Source of the DNA: Selaginella moellendorffii
Lineage: Eukaryota > Plantae > Lycopodiophyta
Assembly: GCF_000143415.4 (NCBI RefSeq)
Contig: NW_003314281.1
Span: 918,833-982,832 of the forward strand
Length of the DNA: 64,000 nt
Reading direction: 5' to 3'
This document shows positions 1 through 12,178 of this stretch, piece after piece (position 1 is the stretch's first letter; every line of letters begins with the position of its first letter). The position numbers and the translations under genes are program-made. The notes beneath the pieces were generated by a model. It was not told the DNA's origin. It saw nothing but the letters and a program-made list of their open reading frames with translations, and searched no databases.

Positions 1-49
1 CTAAAATGAACTATCTCGCATCTTGGTATTGACTCTCATGATTCTACTT

Positions 50-375
50 AATAGTTGAAAGGTATATTAGCAAACAAATATTTCATTCGGTTTTGGCTAA
101 TCAGTTAATTATGTGAATTCGTTCTTGGTCTTGAAAGGTGACAAGCAAAACTTTGAATTTTAAAATGTGAAAGGCACAAAATAAGTTCTTTCCAAGAGCT
201 GCTCCTTCGTCATGCATGGCATCCCATCTGATCCATGCACTGCAGCACCATGGCAAATTATCCTTCTCATCCTACCTCCTGGAAAGAATATAATATGGAA
301 AATCATGTGAGAAGTAATCACAAAAACAAACTCATGGAGATGGAGTTCCTTGGCCTGGTTGGTGAGCAAGTGTCT
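50..375 (-). pseudogene. Degenerate paralogous fragment of the unknown spliced sequence at ~6560-7410
   Basis: Blocks at 185-372 (catggcatcccatctgatcca / tgcactgcagca / cctacctcctggaa / aatcatgtg / tccttggcct / tgagcaagtg) align in order with 7100-7332; tagttgaaaggta at 52-64 matches 6794-6806; peptide GSDGMPC shared on the minus strand. Confidence 0.5.
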
Positions 376-399
376 AGATATATAGAAGTCTGGAAGGTT

Positions 400-870
400 T
401 TATTGGTACACAACGTACCCATTGGGATCATGATCATGGAATCTGGTATACTCCCAATCGAGATCTATGTACAATATAATACCTTCTGAATCTGATGGGC
501 CACTAGCAAGAGAAAATGGTTCAATATACTATCTCCAACTCCATCGATCTTGCAGACACAACCTTGTGGACAACATGTCTTGGAAGAAAAACACTCTACT
601 TGACAAAAACACCACCTTTATCCCAGCACAATGGCTTCAACGAGCATTTCCAAGGTGCAGATCATGATCGAAAGTTCCACTACTACATCTCCACTGATCA
701 AACAATTGGGATGGGAATCTATTGGCCCATGGGACCGAAACATCGCAGACAGGCCACCACAATCCTCACTCTGTGGTTGGGATGCATGGGAGGGACGCAT
801 CTGCTACTTGTGTGCTAGCAATCGAAACTGTTAAACACTTCGTCCAAGGTTACAACCAACAGCAAGCTGC
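400..870 (+). mobile_element. Possible decayed 3' end of a non-LTR retrotransposon (CCHC-type tail)
   Basis: Frameshifted WEGRICYLCASN / ETVKHFVQG resembles the C-x2-C...ET-x2-H zinc-knuckle tail of LINE ORF2; begins where homology to the 7.1-7.3 kb paralogue stops; many stops. Confidence 0.3.
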
Positions 871-1231
871 CCAGGCACTCCTTGACTCCACAATGCCGCT
901 TCCATTTCTGCTTCAACACAAAGAACACGTCCGACTTGACTCGGCAAATACCTGTCAATTAACAAACCGTCGAAACACTAGATACATTAAGCATCATCAA
1001 TGCGCTTCAAACGAAGAAACCTCAACCTGCTCAACCTGCTCAAATTACAGGTCGGATGCATTGACAGAGTAAAATAAAAATCAAGAGGAGGGGCTCGGGT
1101 ATCTGTGTTCACCCTTTCTTTTCTTTAGATTTGTGTCGTTTACGATTGATTCCCATGTTCATACTGCAGGAGCGATCAGCGCTGCAGGACAGGATGGTCG
1201 AGAGTTTTACAGCGCCCAAGGTGGGGATTTG

Positions 1232-1238
1232 TATAAAT
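1232..1238 (+). promoter_or_regulatory. TATA box upstream of MTPSL
   Basis: TATAAAT about 140 bp upstream of ATG 1376. Confidence 0.45.
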
Positions 1239-1375
1239 AAACTTTTTGTTACCAGTGCCCAGCTGGAGGCATGGTGCCAAGCTGTAAAACATCAATTCTT
1301 CATAGTAACCACATGTTGCTAGCAAGTTACTTCACTGGTTCCATCTTTCTCGTAGCATCAAAGAGGAGCATAGAA

Positions 1376-2446
1376 ATGGAGGCCACTTTGATCTCCAAAT
1401 TCTCCACTGTCACGCACTTCGAGCTTCCGCAGCTTCCCAACAACATCCCATTCGCCTACCACCCGCAATCCGCGACGATCAGTCCCCAGATCGACGAGTG
1501 GATGCTTCGCAAGATGAAGATCACCGATCGGAGTGTGAGGAAGAAGATGATCCACTCCAAGATCGGTTTGTACGCCTGTATGATGCATCCCAATGCCGAG
1601 AGGGAGAAGCTCGTCCTGGCCGGTAAAAATCTCTGGGCCCTCCTACTCATCGACGATTTGCTCGAATCCAGTAGTAAGGAAGAGATGCCTCGGCTCAACA
1701 CCACCATCACCAACCTTGGCAGTGGAAATTCCAGGGATGGAGCTATCCGGAATCCTGTGCTGCTTCTGTATAAAGAAGTTCTGGGAGAGCTTCGAGCTGC
1801 CATGGAGCCACCTTTGCTGGACCGCTACTTGCACTGCCTGGCAGCTTCACTCGAAGGCGTCCGGAAGCAAGTCCACCACCGAACCAGAAAGAGCGTCCCT
1901 GAACCGGAAGAATATAAGCTTACCCGTCGTGCCAATGGATTCATGGACATCCTCGGGGGCATCATGACCGAGTTCTGTATGGGAATCCGCCTCAACCAAG
2001 CTCAAATCCAGTCTCCAACCTTCCGGGAGCTCCTCAACTCTGTGTCTGATTACGTCATTCTCGTCAATGACCTGCTGTCCTTCCGGAAGGAGTTTTACGG
2101 TGGCGATTATCACCACAACTGGATCTCGGTTCTCTCGTACCATGGCCCCACGGGGATCCGCTTTCAGGATGTGATTGACCAGCTGTGTGAGATGATCCAA
2201 GCAGAAGAGCACTCTATCCTGGCCTTGCAGAAGAAGATTGCCGACGAAGAAGGTTGCGACTCGGAGCTGACGAAATTCGCAAGTGAGCTTGCAATGGTTG
2301 CTTCCGGGAGCCTCGTGTGGTCGTATCTCTCTGGCCGCTACCATGGCTATGATAATCCACTGATCACTGGGGAGATTTTCAGTGGAACATGGCTGCTGCA
2401 TCCCGTGGCCACCGTCGTCTTCCCATCCATCAAGGCTCGCCCCTGA
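1376..2446 (+). CDS. MTPSL: Microbial terpene synthase-like protein (MTPSL), class I terpene cyclase, intronless, ~356 aa
   Basis: Single alpha-domain size; DDLLE (DDxxD/E), effector Arg in RRANG, NDLLSFRKE (NSE/DTE), WSYLSGRY (WxxxxxRY); start taken at MEATLISK. Confidence 0.92.
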   Translation: MEATLISKFSTVTHFELPQLPNNIPFAYHPQSATISPQIDEWMLRKMKITDRSVRKKMIHSKIGLYACMMHPNAEREKLVLAGKNLWALLLIDDLLESSSKEEMPRLNTTITNLGSGNSRDGAIRNPVLLLYKEVLGELRAAMEPPLLDRYLHCLAASLEGVRKQVHHRTRKSVPEPEEYKLTRRANGFMDILGGIMTEFCMGIRLNQAQIQSPTFRELLNSVSDYVILVNDLLSFRKEFYGGDYHHNWISVLSYHGPTGIRFQDVIDQLCEMIQAEEHSILALQKKIADEEGCDSELTKFASELAMVASGSLVWSYLSGRYHGYDNPLITGEIFSGTWLLHPVATVVFPSIKARP

Positions 2447-2523
2447 GATACATTGCTGGGGCTCAAAGTTCCGGTTCCACCACCTAGAAAGTAAGATGTG
2501 TTAATGAAAGTAAACGAGCAAAC

Positions 2524-4335
2524 TTAATAAAATTCTTTGCTTACCAAAGGCCCTGGTGTGATCCTGCGTTGCTCCTCCAGCATTCTTACGCTACCGTAGA
2601 TGTTAGCCATGAGCACAAACGCTGGAGTGTGGCTGGGATTTATCTTGAGCAGCGACTCAAAAGCATATCTTCCAGTTTTCACGTCTTTCCACTTCCCGCA
2701 AGCTCCCAGGACCGTCATCCAAGTCACTAACGTTGGTTTGAAAGGCGTGTTTTCGATCATCGCCAGTGCTTCCTCCAGATGATTTGCACGTCCCAAGAGA
2801 TCGACCATGCAGTGATAATGCTCGAGGCTTGGTGTGATGCCATGCTCGGAGAGCATCGCAAAGTACTGCTTCCCTCGTTGTACCAGACCACCATGGCTAC
2901 ACGCCGAGAGCACGCATAAGAATGTGACATTGTCAACCTGGATACACTCCTCTCGCATGCTCTCGAATGCATGGAACACATCCTGGCTCCTCCCTTGGCA
3001 GCTATATCCTGCTATCAGAGCGCTCCAAGTGATAGAAGTTCTCGTTGGAAGCGAGTCGAAAACCTGTTCCATGCCGCTGCTCCCACACTTCCCGTAAAAG
3101 TCGAGCAGTTGGCTCGATAGAAACTGATTGTCTTCCAGCCCGTTTCGATAAATCTCTGCATGGATGGACCTCCCAGAATCAAGAGCAGCCAGGTTGCCGC
3201 ATGCGAGAAGAACAGCCACGTACGTCTGCGAATTCGGTGCACAGTTGCACGCTCTCATTTGCTGAAACAGCTTCAGAGCTGCGTCCGATTCACCGTTCTC
3301 CGCATACCCCTGAATCATCCCTGTCCAAGTTACTACGTCGTGTCCCGTCTTAATCCCGTCAAACACTGCTCTGGCGCTCGATAAGCTCCCACACCGCGTG
3401 TACATGTCTATGAGCGAGCTCGCCACGAACATGTCCGAATCAAAGCCAAGTTTTGCTGCTCGGGAGTGTAGATGAGTTCCTTTCTCCAAGGACATGGGCT
3501 TCACAACGCTGCCATCATCGTGCTTGCCTTCTTCTTTCGTGGCTAGACGGCCGCAGGCAACGAAGAGAGCCACGAAGGTTCGGGAGTTTGGCAGACAGCC
3601 CTTGGAGTCCATGAGCTGGAAAAGCTGCAAAGCCATCTCCGGCTCACCATTCTCTGCATAGCCCAGTATCAGTGCCGTCCATGAAACAACCGTAGGACTT
3701 ACCATCTTGTCAAACACCTTGCGAGCATCCGCCAAGCTCCCACACTTGGCATACATATCGATCAGAGTGCTGGCCACGAACACGTCCTCGCAGTAGCCAC
3801 TCTTCTCTGCTTGTTCGTGCAGCTTAATTCCTCTTTCCAAGCTCTCGGCTTTCAGTAGCTTCCCGTCAACCTTCTTGCCGAGCTCTCTCGCTGCCGAGGT
3901 AGAACAGGCCATCATCGCAGCTACGAAAGTTCTCTCGTTGGGAGCGCACTGTTCTTCTTGCTGCATTCTCGAAAACTGCTGGAGGGCAAGCTCGTTCTCG
4001 CCATTGTCGACGTAGCCCATGATCAAGGACGTCCATGAGACAACGCTGTGGAGCTTCATCCCTTCGAAAACACCGCGAGCATCGGCCATTCTCCCACACT
4101 TGCCATACATGCTCACAAGACTGTTCTCCACGTAAATGCTTCTCCCAGGCCCATGGACAAGGGCATCGCCATGGATCTTTCTCCCGGTCTGGAGATCTCT
4201 CGTGCCAGTGCATGCCTTGAGCGCTGCCACAAAGATCCCTGTCGCTGCCTCTCTCTCGACGACCGCCTGTTCTTGCTGAGGAAGAAGAACTTGCCTGAAG
4301 AAACTCCCAGCGATCGTCAAGCTCCTCGCTCGCAT
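2524..4335 (-). CDS. PLS-class PPR protein (E-type C-terminus, no DYW)
   Basis: Repeated P-L-S triplets (SLVSMYGKCG, VVSWTSLIMGY, TFVAAMMAC), HYHCMVDLLGRA, E-like end; intronless; first ATG at 4335. Confidence 0.9.
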   Translation of the reverse strand: MRARSLTIAGSFFRQVLLPQQEQAVVEREAATGIFVAALKACTGTRDLQTGRKIHGDALVHGPGRSIYVENSLVSMYGKCGRMADARGVFEGMKLHSVVSWTSLIMGYVDNGENELALQQFSRMQQEEQCAPNERTFVAAMMACSTSAARELGKKVDGKLLKAESLERGIKLHEQAEKSGYCEDVFVASTLIDMYAKCGSLADARKVFDKMVSPTVVSWTALILGYAENGEPEMALQLFQLMDSKGCLPNSRTFVALFVACGRLATKEEGKHDDGSVVKPMSLEKGTHLHSRAAKLGFDSDMFVASSLIDMYTRCGSLSSARAVFDGIKTGHDVVTWTGMIQGYAENGESDAALKLFQQMRACNCAPNSQTYVAVLLACGNLAALDSGRSIHAEIYRNGLEDNQFLSSQLLDFYGKCGSSGMEQVFDSLPTRTSITWSALIAGYSCQGRSQDVFHAFESMREECIQVDNVTFLCVLSACSHGGLVQRGKQYFAMLSEHGITPSLEHYHCMVDLLGRANHLEEALAMIENTPFKPTLVTWMTVLGACGKWKDVKTGRYAFESLLKINPSHTPAFVLMANIYGSVRMLEEQRRITPGPLVSKEFY

Positions 4336-6116
4336 TCCCAAACCCTAGACACGTCCTCCTCCCCAAGCTGCGTTGCGAGCACATAGCTTCCTCCTCCACA
4401 CGGCTCCAACGCCGTCGCCAGCCCCGCCGCTCGCGATCCCCTCTCCTTGTCGCCAAGAACCCTACAGGCGCTCAGCAAGCTCGTCCACGCGATCCTGTCT
4501 GGCTCAAACGGCATTGCTTCGAGCAAATCCTCAGCCTCATCGACCTTCCCCGCCCGGGCAAGAAGATCGATCATGATCTTGTAATGCTCCATCCCTGGCG
4601 CAATGCCGTGATCTCCCTGGATGGACTGGAAATATTTCCAGACCTGCGCGAAGACCCCTGCCTGGCCGCAAGCGTAGATCACATTCTTGAAGACGATGTC
4701 GTCGGGCGCTTCACCGTGGAGCGCCATGGCGTGGAAGAGCCCTAGGGCATCGCGGCCATGCCCGTGCTGGGCATATGCCCCCACCATGGACGTCCAGGTG
4801 AGGATATTCTTGTACGGCATGGCGTCAAAGAGCTCGCGAGCGCGGCCCAAGTTTCCGCAGCGCCCGTACATGGCCACCAGGGAGGTGCCCACGACGTGGT
4901 CCGACTCGATCCCGGAACCGGCGAAGCTCGCGTGGAGGAGCTTTCCCTGTGGGAAGAGCCCTAATGCAGCGCAAGCGTCGAAGATCGCGCTCACCGTCTC
5001 GATTGTCGGCTGCTCGCCCTGGATCTCCATGAGCTTGAAGAGATCGAGCGCCTCGCGGCCGTGGCCACGCTGGGCGTAGGCGGTGATCATCACATTCCAG
5101 GAGATTACGTGTGGATTGGCCATGGAATCAAAGATAGCTCGCGCTTTGGGCAGATCCCCGGCTTGGGCATATGCAACCGCCATGCTCGTCTCGCACAGTC
5201 CATCATGGTGCAGCATTCCACGGAAGATCTCCTCGGCCTCGCCCAGATTCCCGGCCGCAGCGAGCGTGGAGAGCGCGATCGTGGCGGTGACGAGGTCGTG
5301 GTGGGGCAATCGCTGGAACAAGGCCCTGAGTTCCTCGATGGATCTTCTCTTGGCGTAGGCCGAGAGCATTGCGGTCCACAAGATCTTGTCCCGGGGTGCC
5401 GCACGATTGAAAACTCGCCAGGCATCGCGCGTGGTGCCGAATTGGGCGTAGGTCTCGATCAATGCCGTGGATGGCACGGGATTTGGAGCGAGCCCGGCCT
5501 CGCAAATCGAGAGCTCGATCGTCCGCGCCTGGGCGTAGGAAGAACACGCATTGATCGTGCCTAGAAAGGTCAATTGATTTGGGCGGAATCCCTCGAGCTT
5601 CATCCGGTGAAAGAGCTCCATCGCGTCGGATAGATGCCCGCTTCGGGCATATGCTGCAATCATAGCGTTCCAGGAGACAGTATCTTTGTAACGATTCCTG
5701 TCGAACAGATACCTGGCAGTCGCAAGATCCCCTTGTCGGGAGAATGCTGACATGAGACAGTTCCACGTGGTGGAATCTCGAATGGGCAGCCTAGCAAAGA
5801 GATCCTTAGCGTGCTGGAGATGCCCATTCCGGGTATATGCGTTGATAATGTGATTCCAGGAGAAGGTGTTGGGTGTTCGAATCCGGTCGAAGGCAGATCT
5901 CGCGCCATCCACGCATCCAAGGCTGCTGTACAATTCGAGCTGGATGTTTCCCAGAGAGGTGTCTCCTCTGAAGTTGGAGCGAGAGATCTCATTGCAAACA
6001 TGATCAAGAGCTTCTTTGCTCGCGCATTCTCGCAGCTTTCGGGCGTATGAAGCTCGATCTAAGGATTTGGCCGTTGATGGCAGCTTCTGTTTTACCAGGG
6101 CGGACGCATTGTGCAT
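4317..6116 (-). CDS. PLS-class PPR protein with short-motif tandem runs, truncated E domain
   Basis: SWNAMIAAYARSGH, SLVAMYGRCG, HYKIMIDLLARAG, AWTSLLSAC, SYVL; intronless; first ATG 6116. Confidence 0.9.
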   Translation of the reverse strand: MHNASALVKQKLPSTAKSLDRASYARKLRECASKEALDHVCNEISRSNFRGDTSLGNIQLELYSSLGCVDGARSAFDRIRTPNTFSWNHIINAYTRNGHLQHAKDLFARLPIRDSTTWNCLMSAFSRQGDLATARYLFDRNRYKDTVSWNAMIAAYARSGHLSDAMELFHRMKLEGFRPNQLTFLGTINACSSYAQARTIELSICEAGLAPNPVPSTALIETYAQFGTTRDAWRVFNRAAPRDKILWTAMLSAYAKRRSIEELRALFQRLPHHDLVTATIALSTLAAAGNLGEAEEIFRGMLHHDGLCETSMAVAYAQAGDLPKARAIFDSMANPHVISWNVMITAYAQRGHGREALDLFKLMEIQGEQPTIETVSAIFDACAALGLFPQGKLLHASFAGSGIESDHVVGTSLVAMYGRCGNLGRARELFDAMPYKNILTWTSMVGAYAQHGHGRDALGLFHAMALHGEAPDDIVFKNVIYACGQAGVFAQVWKYFQSIQGDHGIAPGMEHYKIMIDLLARAGKVDEAEDLLEAMPFEPDRIAWTSLLSACRVLGDKERGSRAAGLATALEPCGGGSYVLATQLGEEDVSRVWECERGA

Positions 6117-6559
6117 CCTACTATGCTCGCAAGAAGCTGCCACCAACGTTTAGATGCATCTAATCGTTGGTCAAATAAAGAAAATAACTTGGTGAAAAGT
6201 ATTTGAAAGCAACCGCTCCAGGAACAACAATCCAAGGAGCTGGAAAAAGATTTAACGATGAATGGAACTATTCTTACACTTCAAACCTTCTTCTCACTTC
6301 ACATCTAGTATCGGCTTGTATGCTTGCGCCAAACACAGGAGCTTCTCAACCTTGCATTCTGGTGTTTCTAAAAACAATGTTTTTCAATGCTCATGTTTTT
6401 GGCAAACATACCAAGGACGTCTTTTATCAGCTCTCGAGTTTTTTCTCAGCTCTGTAAAGTCCAGCCTTTTCTCATTTCCATGACAATATTGTAGATCTCC
6501 CTGACATAAGTATGAGTATCCCAATCCATTCCCTGTGTAGTAGAAATGTATAAGGTTCC

Positions 6560-7410
6560 TAGATTAACAAAAACAAGTCTATGAGTTACCTCTCCAAACT
6601 CCAACTTCTCATCTTTCATTTCTGCCGAAATGCTCTGCTTTTTATTTACTGCTTCCTGGTTAGCAAACAACTAGTATGACTAGTAAACCTTAACTATAAG
6701 GTACCTCTCTGGTGGTAATCAGCTCATCCGAAACAATGAGCTCTCCAGCCAAAGGCCGTTTGGATACGTTCTGTATTGCTGCTTTCCGCTTGTTAGTTGA
6801 AAGGTACCCCAAACAAGGCAAAACACAGATATCTTAGTCACCTGCTGGTTCTGGCACTTTGATTTTGGTGTTCTCTGGGGCTAGTTGCTCAGTGTGCTCA
6901 ACTATCTCAACTGCGGGCTCCTTGCTTTAGAAAAAGAGCTACAAACCTTTTAGAGCTTTCTCCTTCTTCGTTCTGGTTTTCACTACAGGTGGAAGTGGCT
7001 GCAAAAAAAAAAAAAAGAAAAAGAAAAACAAGAAAAAAGAAAAAAAAAAAGGTTTTTAAAATGCAAAACACCATGAAAGATATTCACCCTTTCTTTAGCT
7101 CTTTCCAAAGCTCTTCTTCTGTCACGAGCTCGCATGGCATACCATCTGATCCATATTTTCTTCGGTCACTCTCTTGCACTGCAGCATCATAGAAAATTCT
7201 ACCCCTTTCACCCTACCTCCTGGAAGAAAAAAACAAACCATAAAATCATGTGGAAATATAATACTAACTCTTGGAGATGGAAGGTGGCGAGCTCCTTGGC
7301 CTCATTGGCCATTGTTACGAGCTGAGCAAGTGCTGAGCGCTCGATCCTTGGGACCGTAAACCAAGAACCACGTCCATCAAGTAGAGCAATCGACAACCCT
7401 TCTGCATTTG
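6560..7410 (-). other. Unknown multi-exon gene or pseudogene
   Basis: GT-AG-bounded segments encoding charged peptides (GRIFYDAAVQESDRRKYGSDGMPCELVTEEELWKELKK; EIVEHTEQLAPENTKIKVPEPA; NQEAVNKKQSISAEMKDEKLEFGE); paralogous copy at window start; no continuous ORF could be assembled by eye. Confidence 0.3.
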
Positions 7411-8250
7411 CTATGGATTTGCTTAAGAGTACAATCCAGCAAAGAATTTTAACACAAAGTTCGTGCGCTGCTCATAAAATCTTACTCCTTAACTTGGTTC
7501 TATAAGGTTCACTATTTAAACAAAACTTGTGGAGCTAGGGTTATTTATCTGGCTCGATCGTATTTCCTCCCTAGCTACAGCGAATGGCGTCGGTAATGCT
7601 TGTGTTTTCCTTTTCTTTCATTCGGTGGTGTGTGTTTAGAAAAAGGGGAAGGCGAAGAAGAAGCTGGGTGATCAATTGTTTACTGCCATTGTGAATGGAG
7701 AGAGCAAAAAGCTTCGTGATAAGCTCCGTATAGTTTTGCTGCCACCTTCGGACCTATCAACATTTTCGAATTACCAAAACAGTACGTAAAGAAAAAGAGA
7801 AAAATTTCTACAATGGTCGCTACATTGCCCCAACATTTCGAAATGGACTTTAGTTCTCCAAAGTCCAATATTAAGTTATTATCTTATATATATCCGGCAC
7901 TGTATTCTAGCTACATATTATAACGTGAATCAGCAAAACTATCAACCATGCATCGTCGAAATCGCACCTTGGAGCTCCTTCCTGTGAAGCTTGACCCTCC
8001 AAGCTATCTTAGACACTTAGCTTTTAAAATACTGCCTCTAATCAGGTATTTCATTATTACCCGAGCTCATACCCGGAAAAAGAAAAACGATATACAAATA
8101 CCGACATCTCGAGGTTTGATTATCAGGCCTACCTTTGTAGCACTAAAGATGCAAATATGAATTTCCAGAAGCATTTTCCATCCTAATCTGAAACTTCAGT
8201 GCCGTTAGACTATTTCTTGAGCAAAAGAGAATGAACATGGGTCTGATTAA

Positions 8251-10256
8251 TCAGGTGTCGCTGGTGAAGTCTAAGACCCTGTATTTCTGCGAGATAAGCT
8301 CCGCTTTCACTTTTCTGGCGGTATCAGTAGCGCAGCCGACGAGAATCAGGATTGATGTTCCTGCAAATCCCCTGAAAGCGGTCAAGTGTGTTAACCATTC
8401 CACGGCAGCAGGAGACACAGCCATGATCACTAGAAAGGTGGAATCCAACACTGAAATCCGTGTGAGGACCTAGACGAGCAATAAGAACGGCAAAGTGTTA
8501 TACGAGCAACGTCAAGTCTAGATGAGTCTTACTGTCTCGATGAATGCGGCTGTGGCTTTTCCCGGCCTGACCGACGGGATAGAAGCGCCTTGGCGCTTAA
8601 GTTGGTCGCTCACGTCCGAAGGATCTAGCTGCAAAAACGTGTAGAAATAGTTGAAGAACGCAATGAGCACTGCGTTCGTGGGAAGGTAGAATGATCCTGT
8701 TCAAAGAAGAAACTAAGTAAATCCAAAGGTGATGCAGATTGCATGATCACAAACCTCCTGGATTCAATGTAGCTACTATGTTGTTAAAACCTGTTGCTCC
8801 AGAGAATCGAGCTACGGAGGACGTGAGAGCTAGTGCCGACGTTGAAAAGATTATCGGCATCACACCTGAGCTGTTAATCTGAAGAGCAAAACCAGTCAGT
8901 CATAATATTCTTGACAAGAAAACACGTACTTTAAACGGAAGGTATGCAGATTTTTGAAGCCCTCCACTGTATCTCGAAGCATAATTCAAAGGAATTCTTC
9001 GCTCAGATTCCTGCAACAATGGCCTTGAATAAGAAACTGAGATCAAAGACATTCTTCCCACGTACCTGCACATAAACTATTCCAAGTACGAGCAAGAAGA
9101 ACGAAAGACCAATGGTACCAAGGCCAGCGTAATTGGCATCCTTGAGTGCTTGGTCTATTGTTCGTCCGACAGAGGCAGGCAAAGATGATATGATGTTGGT
9201 GAAAATCAAAAGCGAAGTGCCATTGCCAAGCTTGATGTCTGATATCCTCTCTCCAATGTAGGACGTAAGAACAGCACCAATGGTAAGCAGGGATATAGAA
9301 GTGAAGATCCACCCCAAGCTAAAGTCGTCGGCGTAAGGGCGGATATAGAGAACTTGCCCAATAGCCTGCAACATTTCTCCTTCGTGAACAAACAAGAACT
9401 TCTTGTTGTCCAGCAAAAACAGTACCTGGAAAATGGCGAAGGCAACCGAGGCGTAGCGCGTGTACTGGAGAACTTTCTTCCTTCCAGCTTCGCCTTCTTT
9501 CTTTTGGAGCCTCTCGAGTTCTGGGAAGAGCGATCCAAGCAGCTGGAACAAGATTTGAGCGTTGATGAACGGAACTATCCCGAGCGAGCACACACCGAGC
9601 CTTCCGATTCCACCACCGGAGAAGGCGTCGAGCGTCCGAAACAAACTGTTGTCGGTCATGCTTCCAGAGAAGGCTGCCCTGTCAACTCCCGGTAGAGGGA
9701 TATATGTCCCGACTCTTGACAAAGCTAGCCATCCCAAGAGCAGTAAAAACTTCCCGGGAAGCTTGCCTCGAAAGAAATCCCCGAAATCGATCGAGCTATC
9801 CTCGATGGCAGCTGGAAAAGGAAAAAATGTGTAAGAACTACCTATGGAAGAAAGAAAAGAATTTTTCCATACCCGCAATTCCCTTTCCAGTGGATTTCTT
9901 TCCAGAAGTTTGCTTATTGCCAATCGCTCTCATCGCAACAACGCACAAATCTCCCCAGGCCGCGACGAAATTTCCATTCGCTGGCTCGCAGATCCCCAGC
10001 GGGTCGAATTCCCACTCGGCTCTCCGCCTGCGCAATCATTCCAGAGACTGCAGTGACAATTAAGCCAACAGCCAGGGATCAAAATGCCCTACCTGGAAGA
10101 ACAAGGAGAAGAAGAAATCTTTACGGACATGGCTGCCCGAGCTCCGCGGAGGCGCCTGGAATCCACTCGTACCACTGCATTCCTCCATCCCCAATCGCGC
10201 GGCTGGTCCAGCCGCCGCTGTGGAGACCACTGCGATGCCACAGCTACAAGCGCCAT
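8251..10256 (-). CDS. SCY1: Plastid preprotein translocase SecY (cpSecY1), multi-exon
   Basis: LSRVGTYIPLPG, SLGIVPFINAQI, GEAGRKK, LGNGTSLLIF, YLPFK/INSSGVMPIIF, GTSILILVGCATDT; N-terminal transit-like exon starting MALVAVASQW. Confidence 0.93.
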
Positions 10257-10375
10257 AGCCGGGAAGAACCCTAAAATTTAACATTTAGCTAGCCGTTAAA
10301 CCTTTCGTTTTGAATGGAACTGTTATGCTCGAGGAGATTCTTTCCTTCCAATCAGCGAAAAATAATTTCCTTTCA

Positions 10376-11496
<1,121 letters not shown>

Positions 11497-12036
11497 TCCA
11501 AGAGCCCTAGCTCTCACTTAAACCCTAAAATTTAGAAGCTTTCAAGTAAAATATACGTGGTGGAATTCATACCATTTTTTTTTTTTTTCTGGGAGCATAG
11601 AAAATCCATCGAAACTCAAAGATTGTGCCGATGGTGCTCTCCATTTTAGGTTTACACATCCTCCTCTGTTTTTCAGTGTAAAGTTACGTTTTCTCTGCTC
11701 AAATCGTTCATTGAGCAATGAAAGAGATCGTGATCTTGAGATAGAAAGAAACACCGCAGAGAAACACAAAGAGCTTGGGTGTTTTGTGCTGAGCAAGCGC
11801 GCTCCATCGCCAAAGTAGCTCAAAGTTGATAGCCGGTTGCTTCGGCACAAAGTCATGGTAATTTAACTCATGGAACTCACGACCTCCATTTTTGATCGAG
11901 TATCTCCTTGTCCATCCCTCTGGTCGACCGCCAATAAGCCGGGCTTGTGGATGTTTCTTTTGGGAGCATCGAAATCCATTGAAATACAAAGATTGTGGAA
12001 GTGTCATTTTAGTTGCAAATTCTTGGAACCAGTGAA

Positions 12037-12178
12037 TCAAAACCGGTCGTTTATGGTCAATCAAAGGTCAATGTCTATTGTGGAAATCACTGAGATTGTA
12101 GAGATTTCGTTGATCTTCCTATTTAAAACCATGGTTTCCATTTTGTCCAGCCGGGTCTGATTATTCGACCGGTTTTGA
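12037..12178. repeat. 142-bp segment bounded by a perfect 13-bp inverted repeat (MITE-like)
   Basis: TCAAAACCGGTCG (12037-12049) and CGACCGGTTTTGA (12166-12178); no obvious TSD. Confidence 0.4.

Noticed and set aside
7002-7050. A-rich run as a retroposon poly(A) tail; 67-aa Lys-rich ORF
   Set aside because: Reads as a U-rich intron tract on the minus strand; no TSD; the ORF is low-complexity
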